Positions 1 through 11,613 of a DNA stretch of 64,000 nt are shown here, one piece after another (position 1 is the first letter of the stretch; each line of letters begins with the position of its first letter). The notes beneath the pieces were generated by a model. That model saw only the letters and a program-made list of their open reading frames with translations, was not told where the DNA came from and did not search any database. The stretch lies in assembly GCF_002105155.1 (NCBI RefSeq), contig NW_019029005.1:1-64000 (forward strand), written 5' to 3'. The stretch comes from Lobosporangium transversale (Eukaryota). A program made the position numbers and the translations under genes.

Positions 1-805
1 CCTTAGCTAGAATATCCTCACTAACCAAATTTATTGTCTTGAAGAGAATCTCAGTAATCGAGAAAGCCTCCTCGCCATTGTGTATACCATAGGCATCACA
101 TAATGATATGTGCTTTAAAGGAAAGAACTAATATAGAAACAGCTGAGAGAGGTGCTGTTTCAGCTGCTATATTTGGTGTAGTTTTGTCCTATTGATTTGG
201 ACGATTTGAAACTCGAGACGGTTACGCGGCTTGGCCGTGTAGGAGGGCCGAATACAGTAACGACTATCTTCAGTATAGCCAAGGATCCGTAATATGACTT
301 TATGTGCGGCACGCCATCATTGATTTCAAAATGAACTGAAGAGACGCTGTTGAGTGCGAGATGATTCATATTAACGGTACAGCATTGATTGAAATGCTTG
401 ATGGGTATTGTCACAATCTTCTTGGTAGTTTTCATTCTCCAGAGCCGTACGATGTACAATAATGCGATAGCAGCGGATACAAGCGCTAAAACTTACACCA
501 AGGCCATCGTCGTAGATGTGCACATATGTTGCATATACTCCAAGTTGCTTATTTCTATCATACATACCTTAGAAGCATAGCATTTATAACAGGAGTCCGT
601 TATGAAGCCCTCCCATGCTGTTGTATGGTTACAAAAATGTGGTAAATGTTATGATAATATTAAGACATGTATTAATTAACTGTACAGACAAATAAGTTTT
701 AACGCATAAGCAACTGCTGAATGGGGAGAGAATTAGCGATAGGTGCATAATTAAGTGTGTATGCCGATGTGCAACAGTTGAAAATATTATTCTGAATCAT
801 AAACG

Positions 806-928
806 AAAATGCGCTCAAAGTTGAGTGGTTAACGAGGACACGAAAAATTTGACACATGGAGCTTGTACGAGAACTTTATTTAATCTTTTGGGCGAACAAA
901 GATTTGCCGTCTAATTTGAACGCATTTT
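806..928. repeat. ~123-bp element with terminal inverted repeats (copy A; related copy at 11493-11613)
   Basis: AAAATGCGCTCAAA at 806 and TTTGAACGCATTTT at 915 are reverse complements with 1 mismatch; internal ATGGAGCTTGTACGAGAACTTTAT resembles copy B; followed by a long T tract. Confidence 0.6.
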
Positions 929-2089
929 TTTTTTTTTTTTTTTTTTTGGGAATTAGGAAGCAAAGATTTTCTCTTCTTTCACTTCCTACTGTGTATGATG
1001 GATAAAATGCTCCTTTATTAGCATCATATAGCAAGGTACCTTTGAAGTCCAAGTCATCGAGTGTGCCAAGTAAACTTGAGGAGAGGAGAAGGGCTTATAA
1101 GCGTTATGGGATTATTTGCAGCATATGAACTTATGGCTGCACCAAAGAACAAGCAAATGAGGCCTATCACATCCATTTGTTAGTCCTTTCTGAATACAAT
1201 TTAATCAGATACTTGCAGAGGTGGAGGGAGATAGTGCAAAGATACCGTCCAACTGACTCGATCCATACAGACCCTGTGTCAATTGTATATACAGCAAAGC
1301 GGTTCTAAACATGGCCATATGGTGCTGAAAGAAGAGCTTTGACGGCTCAGAGGGATACATAAACGAAGTAATCTATAAATAAGGCAGTAAACAAGCAAAC
1401 AGTAGAAGGTCAATGGAAAAAAGGATATAGGTATGAGGGAAAGCCTCTCTTGTTAGGTTACACAGTCGAACCAGGATAGCTTGGGCCCGACAGGCGCTCA
1501 GTAACAGCAATGGAACAAACAGCAATAGTGACAATAATACGGCAACATCATCATGATAAGCCATTGCCACAGGCTTTCTAAGAGAGGAAATGGATGAATA
1601 GAGAGGAGTCTGCATTTTAAATACCCCCCTTGTGGAAGGGTCTGGCTATTTTCTCTTGAGGATGAAAAATCAAAATAGCTGGAGATGGCATGACCATCAT
1701 TGTCTCCTCGCAGTGTGCCTGGGGAACAGTAATAGGCCGTACAGTAGCGTAGCAGCATCGCAGCGCAACCATTTTCTGGTAAAGAGTGGTTAAAACAGAG
1801 AGTAGGTATTGAAATCTCAATTGTCAATGTGAACGGGGAATTCGTATGGTTTGAATAACATAGAGTGCCCTTCATGCGTGGGTCATGGGCGAAAACAATG
1901 GCCTGATGAATCCAACAATGCATGAGAGGATGTGTCTAGAGCCATAATGCTGAGGCCAACCACCTTACTTTACTCAATAGAATATGACATGACAGCCAAT
2001 CAACTGAAATTTTATTGTTATTAGCTGGTCTCATCCTTACAAGCCATCTTCAATTGCTACTTCTCCAACTCTCCATATTTGAGGGTTTT

Positions 2090-3508
2090 TTATGCTTTTA
2101 TGCTGTCGACAGCTGCTACAGCTTCTGTGGCAATATCATGCATGACATGCCGTTTGTGCAGGTCCTTTAGTGCGTATTGTAATGAAGCTTCATACGCAAA
2201 GGAAATGATAGAATCGTTGATAAAGATATAGTCTTGTGCCAGGGCACGGATACAGTTGACTACACGCGCAATCGACTCGCGATCACTAGGGGTGATATCC
2301 TCCTTCATTTGTTGAAAAAAGGGAATTAAAATTAGTTTTTTCTTTTCTTTAATCTATCATTCTATATTCAAGCCTTTACCGTCTTTGTTTACCTTGTTTT
2401 TATTCGAATAAACTTGCTCTGTATCAATCTCGTCCAAGCTCTGGGGTACGTGTGCGCTAACCCAGATATATCCGTTCAATCCCAAGATTACATCCACGCC
2501 ACAGGATAAGGAATGGAAATGAGATTTGCATCGTTGTACTAAAGCTGGTGAGACCGAAATAAACGATCCATTTCGAAGTTTACCGTATTTCAAACTGCGT
2601 GTATGAATCGAATAAGCACCGTCACCAAAGAAGGCTTGCACTTCTGCCACGACTAAATCGCCTTCCATAAAGAAATTCCGCATTTGTAACTCATCTGACT
2701 CCTGTTTTCGTCGTTGAACACCTCCTGGTAAATTAACTGAGCTTAACATTAAGATTGCATCCTGACGAGCATTCACATCCACTTTCCAACGTTTCTGAGC
2801 GACCTCTGTAATCCTGCCAACAACTACATCTCCAATTTCTCCCGCATATCTTTTATTTTAAAAATCATCCATTCATCAGTGGTAATGACAAAGCAGATAA
2901 TTATTAAGAAAGGTAAATGAGTATAGAACATTAGTCAGTTGCTGATTAATCGAAAAAATAAATAAATAAATAAACGAAGAATAGCAAATAGTAAGGCATA
3001 ATTAGGTATAATGGTTTTTCTAACCTTGTATGCAATGGCCTGACAGAAATCAACTTGTTGACACGCTCTACAACTCCTGCAAGACTTGACAAAACCTTTT
3101 CATCTTCAACATATGTTCCGTGTCCACTATGTAATGTACACCAGTAGTTATAGCGCAAGCGTGTTAACTCATTTCCGCTTGTATTATATATTGCACTTTC
3201 TAAATAGGGATCATTCTCCCCACCCCTTCTTGTTGATATATGAGCAGATCAGAATTTAAAATAAAAAGCTGTCTTTTTCTTTCTTTTTACCGCATGAACG
3301 CAGCGTCGGAGGTGATAACCTCTGCTGGTGTGACAACATGGATAGTAGGGTCCTTGATAATGCCTCCCTCTAATTTATTCTCATGATGGTGCTCATCATC
3401 ATCTATATCCATTTCGTGCTCTGCTGTGAATTTCTTTTTGCTTCCACGCATATTGCTCTTATTGTCCAAAGCAGCCTTTGGGACTGGTGAATGAAATGTG
3501 ACATTCAT
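2090..3508 (-). CDS. RRP4: Exosome complex RNA-binding subunit Rrp4 (S1 + KH domains), 4 exons
   Basis: Exons 3508-3291, 3126-3025, 2849-2393, 2302-2090 with GT..AG introns splice in frame; motifs [67 protein letters not shown]. Confidence 0.95.
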
Positions 3509-4332
3509 GTTTTGCCAATGTTAAAAAGACGTTGCTTTAATGATTCCTTTTGTCCGATGTCAAGTACTCCTTGGTGATTGTTGTGCAGTGAAAAAGCCTA
3601 ACTTGTTCTGCAATGTTGCAAGAAAAAGAAAAAAAAAAAGCGATACAAACACTTTTTGTAAAATGTTGTTTATCCAAGATATGCCAGTCACTAACTATTA
3701 TCTTATGAAAGTTCTCATATTTCCTCATTCGGCATCTGTTGTATCTGGCTGTCTGACAAAAAAAGGAGTAAGGGGAAGGAAGGGAAAGGGAAGGGCCTCT
3801 TTTTTTTTTGCCTCCAAACGGCTGTACAGGATGAGCAAGCAATAACAGTAATAATAAAATACCAGGAGTGACAAACCTTTTACCCTGGTGGTGCGCCTCA
3901 GCACTTTATTCTTGGTCTTCCAAAACAAAAAGAGCAAATACCACAGATTCTCCCTCCCTTCTCTCTCCTTGACTTTTAGCAGTTGAGGATAGATCCAGTT
4001 CCTATAATTTATTTAGTTATTTCTGCTCACACCAACTCCTTTTTTTTTGCTTTTGCATCTCATGCATGGGTCGGAGCAAGGGTAGGAATGCGGGGTCAGG
4101 GCCATTGAGGTCGGATAGCGCCAGGCCCTTGGACCAATCCACACCTCAACCCCTTTTGTTACTTCAAGCACTTTAACTTTTACACCCTTTTTCCTTTTTT
4201 ATAAATATGTCATCCTTTTATTCCTTCCTTCTTTTCTCAGTCATTATCCTTCGCACTTTCACATTGTCTTTGCCCGCCATTAAATTTCCACATTAGACAT
4301 TAGACTACTCTACTACAACAACAATAAAAAAA

Positions 4333-4782
4333 ATGATGCAACCAAATCACATCAAGGCCCATAACCAACTCAGCCGTAGATCAAGATCAGCTCCATCTTC
4401 GACTTCTTACTTCTCCCATTCTTCTTCCCGCCCATCTATCTCCTTTTCTTCCTTTTTCGTCACTTTGGTCCTCTCCTGCCTTCTCTTCCTGATGGTGTCT
4501 GCCACATTTTCCGATGCAGCTGCCATTCCCCCAGGTGCGAGTACAGCAACAGGAACAAAAGGAAAAGGTCGTGATCACGGTTATGCGAAACAAGCAGTGA
4601 TCAATAAACGCAACTTTACGCCTCCGGAGGGGCATGATTGGAAGGAATCAGATGGACGGAACGTCAACACTTTACCTGTGGAGCCTAATCGCCCCATGAA
4701 GAGGAGGGACGTGAAGCGCGCATACACCCCACCTGGTTGTGGTGATCAGTATGACAAAGGCCAGCCCCACGCTACCTATTAA
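4333..4782 (+). CDS. Small secreted/membrane-anchored protein with dibasic (KR) processing sites
   Basis: 149-aa ORF; hydrophobic segment FFVTLVLSCLLFLMVSATFSDAAA; KR-NFTPPEG and KR-AYTPPGCG modules; TATAAAT ~130 bp upstream. Confidence 0.6.
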   Translation: MMQPNHIKAHNQLSRRSRSAPSSTSYFSHSSSRPSISFSSFFVTLVLSCLLFLMVSATFSDAAAIPPGASTATGTKGKGRDHGYAKQAVINKRNFTPPEGHDWKESDGRNVNTLPVEPNRPMKRRDVKRAYTPPGCGDQYDKGQPHATY

Positions 4783-5349
4783 AAATAAAATAAAGAGGCG
4801 GAGGGGTTTCTGAAAACCGTGCATGAACCACTTTCGCATGCTCTCATCCATCTGTGTGCCTTTATTTTTACTAATCAATTACACAGTCAATAAAACTATA
4901 ATAACCAGTAGAAGAGGCAATGAGCATCTTTGCTTATACTTATAAATGTGGTCTTATTAACCATATCACAAATGAACAGGGGCCTTTAGTCCAAGCTGTA
5001 TGGCAACAGCTTAATGAGATGGAAAAATGCGAGAAATGCTTTACTAGAATTAAGAAACATTCATCTTTTAAAGCAACCTTCAGTATGCAAGATGACGGAT
5101 AGTAGTTCTAGTACCATTTTAGATCCCATCTGCAGCTTATCATCATCCAGCATTCGGCTTCTGTGAGGGGAAAGGATATTATAAAGTGGAGTCGAGCCCC
5201 TTCTAGGTATTCTTTTATTGCCAATCAATGCAAAAGTCCAGAAACTACCCTTAGAAGTGAATAAAGTAAGATCTGTTCCGTCACCAAGTAGATCTGTATC
5301 TTCTTGATAGTGAGCCAAGACGTGAAGAAAGAAAACAAGGGAGAGAAAG

Positions 5350-5386
5350 AAAGGGTGGGAGCAAAGGGTGGGAGCAAAGGGTGGGG
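5350..5386. repeat. 13-bp tandem repeat (AAAGGGTGGGAGC) x ~3
   Basis: Seen directly in sequence. Confidence 0.8.
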
Positions 5387-6869
5387 CATATATGGCCCTG
5401 ACTCTCGGATAATAGGCTTAAGTCGTCATGTTATTCGATTTGGTCAGCTATATTGGAAGATATAATGATTAAGACAATTCATGATATTGTTGGAATTAGA
5501 TTCTTGTAGTGGTAATTATTAAAGCGGGAAACTTTCAGCCATTATGATAAAATAAGAGACTCTTAAAAAGACACAACAGTAAACGCACACAAAGTCTAAA
5601 CGATAGCAGTTAGTACTCAATCAGCGAAAGGTGTTGGGGAGAGTGATTCACATAAACGAGAGCAGATAACGCTGTACACTTAGTGGTTCTGTACAAAGAA
5701 CGATCAAAGAGTCAAAGCCTACCAATTTGCAGCATTTTATAAGGTGAATGGAGATTGGGACTTGTGCAACATTATTGAGCCCTGTTACAGGAAAGCTTCA
5801 TTGTGCTCGAAAATCCATCTGTGTGTACAATTCCGAAGGAATATTGATGAAAAATGAAATGCTCAAAGGATATTATGTTTTACAAGGCTTCAAACACTGT
5901 AAATAATAACTACGAGATTGCAGGCGTATTGCCGCTATGAATCACCCTATATTTATCAGCTGTGCGGTTAATCGAGACTACCGATGTGCCGCACCCCAGA
6001 AATGAGTTGTCCTGATCTCGTTTATAAACCCGGTGCCTGTTAGTATTAGGTCCTTATATCCAGTCCAATAAGCCCTCGCTTTGCTTTGATTTCTTGCTAA
6101 GGTTGCTATGTGCTTTACTAAGATCCAGAGCGGGTAGTTTTTGTAATTGTGTAATAGATCTTGTAGTAAAGTTATTATTTTTTTTGGTGAAGTATTGAAG
6201 TGTAGTTTTATAGTGTAGTAGCTTGATGCAGTAGTTGTGTCTAGTTGTGGGTAGTTGTGGGTAGTTTTGTATCGTGTTGTTGTGTGTGATGAACGTGTTG
6301 TTTGGATCACCTCCATTTTCCTGGCTCATAACATCTACGCGTTTTTACTCGTGTTTCCTTTCAATATGGTAACCATGTGCTCATACTTGAGAGTCACTAC
6401 AAGTCGGTTGAATCTTTTCCCTAAGTTTCTCGCTAAAGAAACAATTGTTAAGAAGATTGTATTTAGTAAGGCCAGGTCGCTATGGTGTCTTTCTTTTTAA
6501 AGATTGCCTAGCGTGCTTTTGAATTGTCCCAATGAGCTAGTAGCGGCATTCAATAGCATGTGAGATGCTTCAAAAAAAAAAATAAAAATAAAAAAAATAA
6601 AATGGGGCATGGATCGTGATTCAAATAAAAGGATTCATACTCTTACACAAAGTGGCCATGATGGCGACATCATAATCAGAGAACATACCATGTTGAAAAA
6701 GTGGAATAAGAAGAGAGGGATGCTACTTAGCATTATACTGATCTATGGCCACGTGACCGCATCAATACTTCAGGATTGATCAATTAACAAAAAAAAGGTT
6801 GCTCTTAACTTTCCGCCCCAGTGGCGCACTGACAGGATACTGCGGCCAGTATGGATAAATCCAGAGTAC

Positions 6870-7685
6870 ATGCCAGGCAAATTGGAGTTTATCTCTGCTA
6901 GGGAACGAGCTGTAGCATACAGATCCTGTCGTTTGGAAGAAAACACCAAGAACGGTACTTTTCATTTACACCCGGTTCTCCAAACAGCCCTCAACAACAT
7001 TGGACTGATGTCGATCAAGGATGACTTAGCTCAACCTATTAATTGCATCGTTATAGAAGGCAAGAAGATAAAGAGCTTTAAGAAATCCTCCACGAAGGAC
7101 TTTCGGAGACTTGTTTTTAAGGCAACCTATCCGGTCTTAACTCCTCTTATGCGTAATCTATTTGAACGCCGCCCAGACCCTAAACTGAATGCAAGCTTTT
7201 GGATGTCATTTTGGTGTCTGCCTTTACCACGCAATGCGAGGAATGTGTGGTGGAGATTACTCATTGACAAGCTCCCCTTCGGTGTCCACCTCCATCGATA
7301 TATGCCTAATAAATCTCTTCTAATTTGTCAGATGTGTAGGAGGTTCCCTGAGACGGAACAACATCTGCTCTTCAGTTACCCCAAGAAGCTGGAAGTATGG
7401 CAGGGCGCAATGAAGAAATTTGTCGGAGAAAATGACTGGTCAGCTTTCCTACTGGAGTCGTTGTTCTATGCCAACCCGACGAAGATTAACCCACTCAACA
7501 ATGTGCCTGCCTTCTTACTCCTTAGTACCATCCTGGCAACAATCTGGAAATATCACCATGCCTGTGTTCGCCGAGGAGAAGACTTTGATGTTCCACGGGT
7601 CTTAGCTGGTACTGACATCGCTTTGAACCAGGTCATCAATCAGTTGGAGGAAAAGAGGAAAAGAGGAAAAGAGAGGAGAAACTGA
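6870..7685 (+). mobile_element. Non-LTR retrotransposon (LINE) 3' remnant with zf-RVT zinc-binding domain
   Basis: FWMSFWCLPLPRNARNVWWRLLIDKLP ... CQMC..PETEQHLLFSYP..W ... ILATIWKYH pattern typical of the L1/Tx1-type ORF2 C-terminus; last Cys of the CCHC is Tyr; no RT core visible. Confidence 0.8.
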
Positions 7686-8122
7686 ACGCTCTTCGACTAG
7701 CCAATCTGCCCCTGATATCCGACACCAACTTCCCCACATAACCCCCACTGTATTTTATTTATTTTTCTCGGTTGTACTTTGTAAAAAAAGTATTCGTTTT
7801 GCTTTGAATTATTACACGAACGCTGAGTAGTAAAACTACTTAAAAAATCAGAAGGTACATGTACATGTACTTTAAACTAGCCAATCAAATAATTTAAAAA
7901 GGGAGAGGCTAGCCATTTTAGGCAACTTTTAAATAAATTTATCAAGTCACTAAGAGGATTTATCCAATATTAAACTAAATAAATCCAGTTAAAAACTTAA
8001 AAAGTAGGTTCCTACGAGAGATAGAATAAAAAAATCACTTCCTTCTTCCTTCACAATCAAAACATCATTAGCATTTCAACATTCATTTGCAATCTACAAA
8101 AAAAAAGATTCAATTCTTTCAC

Positions 8123-9193
8123 ATGAAACATGAACATGGTAAAACCATTTCCACCAAAGCGGGACGACTTATTTGTGAGGAAGAAGATGGCAAAGAAGAG
8201 GCAGTCATCGCGAAACCTCAACCTCAACCTCTATCCTTGCCAAAAGAGACGCGACTTGAGCGCGAGGAAGAGAACGACAAAAAAGGGGTTGCCATTGTAA
8301 AGTTTCCGCCTTCATTACCAGAGTTAGAGTCACAGTCAACACTACCCCGCCATCACAATCAGAACCGGCTCTACCAGTACCAAAAAAACGTGGTCGGCCC
8401 CGAAAGATAGGACCATCGCAGCCATCACGTCGAAAACGTCGTACCACTCCATCAGTAGCCCTGGAAAGACAACCTAGAAAGTTACTCTTATTACAAGATT
8501 TGCTGCCTAATTCAAAGGAGTCAGGTTGTTCACGCGTCTCAACTACCCAACCTCTATCCATGCCACAGCCGCCATTGCTACAGGAGGTAGGCGGCAATGT
8601 TGACTCATCTTCTGAGGACGTCGTCGACAGAGAACTAGACGGCTCAATCGATCAGGAGAAAGATGACATTATCGAATTGGGACCTGTTGCTAGCACAAGC
8701 AAGAGGCGACTATATGGAGCCAGATACAAGTATAACCCTGCTGCCCTGAGCTCGCTCAACGTTAGGAAGACTAGATTCAGAACAGTAACGACGTACGCTG
8801 TTTATCAGCGACGCTGGAGGGTGAGTGATTCATTTCATTATTCTTTTATTATTTTAGTACTCTAATCCTGCTCCGTATTTTTACTCTTTTTTTTTTTTTT
8901 TTTTTTTTTCTTTCTGCTAGATGTTCTGCAACGAGGATTTCAAGCCTGAAGATGAACTTGATGACCCTGAGGAGGCAAATACACCACTTGAATTTATATT
9001 CAAAGAAAAATTCTTCGTTACTCTAGAGCATTCGGTTCTTTTCATGAAAAAGGAATGTGATAGAAAGTTGACGAAACATATCGTGGAAGAACGAGGTGGA
9101 AGCTATAGAGAAGATGAGCATCCCTCTAGAGGAAGAGACTCAAGCTTCAATGGGCAAACGAAAGAAGAAAAAAGTGGAAGAAGCTCCATGTAA
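8123..9193 (+). pseudogene. Truncated divergent Crypton-like gene (N-terminal part only) with AT-hook
   Basis: RTVTTYAVYQRRWR|intron 8821-8920|MFC resembles KTLLQYKTYLKAWQ|intron|VFC of the intact Crypton, same intron position and phase; alternate frame at ~8374-8410 gives PVPKKRGRPRK; no catalytic domain follows. Confidence 0.55.
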
Positions 9194-10146
9194 GATGTCT
9201 GGGCCTGTGAGACTTGCTATCTGTAATCCATTCTAGGAAACTCGGAAATTTGATTGGATATCAATTTCTTTACACCCTCAACAGCTTATTCGTCAAACAA
9301 AAATATGTATTCCAAATTCAGGTTTCAGTATTTTCTTGTCGTGGTAAGAAAAGGTGATACAAAATTTATTAGATGTTAATTGTTACCGAGGGCGCGGTTC
9401 GTTATTTTTGTTGCTCTGTTCCCTCCCATTGCCGCCCCAGTCTTCGCCCTCTTTTCATCTGAACTAAGATTGGGGCGGAAGCTTGTGATCAATCTAATTT
9501 TGGGATACCTCCGTTCATCCGCCCAAAACAAGGTTTTGATATTTAGGCTTTCAGGGAAATCAGGTTAGATTTATTATCCGTTATAAGAATGAAGTGGTCA
9601 CATTTGTCAATGATGCTGCTTTGTCAATTATTGCTCAAAAATTGAACGCCCCAGTCAGTCGGACGGCCATGTATGATAGCCTCAAAAGTACTGCCTAGGG
9701 CTTCGATGTTGATAAAGCGGTAAATAAAGTCTTTAGTATTAAAGATTTATAAAGCATTTTTTTTTGTTCTCCATTGCCGCTATTAACACTTTAATGTAGC
9801 GCTTTCGGTCTTGTTGTGTTACATTGGCTCTGGAGATGAATATTTAGTCTGAATAACTCCATTAGTGATCAGTCTGATATATACATATTATTAAAGCGAA
9901 TCTTAATATTGTAAATGGCTCAATAAATGTTTTCTTGAATATGGGTCGTTTTCAAGACACTTCTTGGTAGAATTATAGCTACACCTTATATAAAAAATAG
10001 GAAAAAAAATACAAAGATTGCAGTTGCAGTTGATCCCGACGACAAACATACATAGTCCTTTTAAAAATAAAAAGTGGGCAAACGCGGAATGCTTTTTTGT
10101 TTCTCTTTTACTCAGCCCCATCGTTGGTACAATATTTTCCTCAAGT

Positions 10147-10154
10147 ATATAAAG
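10147..10154 (+). promoter_or_regulatory. Candidate TATA box of the 10241 gene
   Basis: TATATAAA ~90 bp upstream of the ATG. Confidence 0.45.
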
Positions 10155-10240
10155 GGCCCGACAAGACAACAAAATAAATACCTTTAAAGCTAACCACCTT
10201 ACTTAACCACCCATCCACTACTCAAGGATCGAATAAAAAG

Positions 10241-10801
10241 ATGCTCAATCTATCCAAGACGCTGCTTGCCACCTCCTTTGCTTTGGCCCTTTTCAGCCAG
10301 GCCTCTGCAGTAGCTAATGTGACCGTTCCTCATATCCAAGGCAAGATCGAGAAGGGCCCTGTAAATCCTCATGGTGGTGTATCAGCCCTTGCTTCCCCTC
10401 CTTCCAGCACCAATCTCCGCCTTTGGGAACGTACAGACTACCAAGGCGGTTGCATCAAATGTCAAAAACTGCAATATAACACCTGTTATGCGGTAGATAT
10501 GGGCAAATCTGGCTTGTCGGGGCCTAACTCTCTGCGATTTGATCAGTTTGATACTCGAGATGGATATTCAGCACTTACATTTTATGATGGGGCTACTTGC
10601 AATGGCAATTGGAACCGTATGTCTGGCGTATGGAAGAATGCCGCCATCGTGTTTGGTAATCTAGGTCAGTGGGGCGGTAATCTTAGGTCGTTTAAGATCG
10701 CAGACTTTTTTGTCCCCTCTGAAGCTGGGCATCTACCATATGGAGACAGTTATGCCAAAACAATCTGTAAAAAGGTCTCGAGCAGCGAATGCCGTTTCTA
10801 G
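10241..10801 (+). CDS. Secreted Cys-rich beta/gamma-crystallin-like protein (paralog 1)
   Basis: Signal peptide; Greek-key-like motifs LWERTDYQG and FYDGATCNG; LRSFKIADF; 6 Cys shared with paralogs; intronless CDS. Confidence 0.8.
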   Translation: MLNLSKTLLATSFALALFSQASAVANVTVPHIQGKIEKGPVNPHGGVSALASPPSSTNLRLWERTDYQGGCIKCQKLQYNTCYAVDMGKSGLSGPNSLRFDQFDTRDGYSALTFYDGATCNGNWNRMSGVWKNAAIVFGNLGQWGGNLRSFKIADFFVPSEAGHLPYGDSYAKTICKKVSSSECRF

Positions 10802-11492
10802 ATGCTTCCCCTACATATTTTGGTATTGTTATTAAAAATGCATTCTTAATTCCAAATAAATGAAATGATGCCTATTAACGGATACCATAACGCCCAATTA
10901 TCAATACTGGTGCGACGTCTCAAAACCTGTGTCACATCATACCTTGCTTATTAAACAGACAGATCGTGAATGCGTTGAAAATTGTTTGCTTCAGCAACTC
11001 AGCAATCATTTATTTTGACTTCGCCCTCACTTGGATTCCTTCCAAAAGATCAATTAGTGTAACCTTGAGAGAAGACCTTTGTTGGCAGCCGCCCTTTATA
11101 AACTGATTCAGTCAAGGAAGGCTAGCCTCATGATAGTGGGCAAATATTGACAAAAGTATCGGCAGTCTTCAGTCACTAATCTCTATGCAAAGCTCAGATG
11201 GGGTTCTTATACTAATGAACGATTTAGAAAACTGAGGGTTCGTTTATTCTTACTTCATCTATCTTTTTTTTTTTTTTTTTTTTTTTTCACTTTTAATAAT
11301 AACAGCTTTACTCGACCAGAAGGGTATTATATTTGTGCTGAAGCGTTGGAAGCAACTGATGTTTATTTCTCGCTCCGCGCTGGAGATACAGAACTAGGAA
11401 GCCAAGTGTGGCTGCTTAAGGACGTTGGAGCAAGAAGCTCCAGTTAGTCCAAAATGATTTTTATTTTTTTTTATTTTTCCTTTTTAAAATAC

Positions 11493-11613
11493 AAATGCGT
11501 TCACAGTAGAATAGGACAGGGCGCTGAGGTAAAAATCAGTGTATGGGGCTAGCACGTAAACCTTATCCGCCAAATAATAATACGGAGTTGTAAATTCGAA
11601 TTTGAACGCATTT
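11493..11613. repeat. ~121-bp element with terminal inverted repeats (copy B)
   Basis: AAATGCGTTCA ... TGAACGCATTT perfect 11-bp inverted ends; internal ATGGGGCTAGCACGTAAACCTTAT at the same offset as in copy A; T7 tract at the end. Confidence 0.6.

Noticed and set aside
913..925. TTTGAACGCA as a 5.8S rRNA fragment
   Set aside because: Only ~10 nt match and no flanking rRNA similarity; no tRNA or rRNA gene was recognised in the window
1..1923. Short - strand ORFs (160-565, 1498-1923)
   Set aside because: Possibly a degraded gene, but no recognisable motif or consistent exon structure
5978..6500. Thr-rich ORFs around GTAGTTGTGG repeats
   Set aside because: Composition explained by strand-biased low-complexity sequence; no domain recognised
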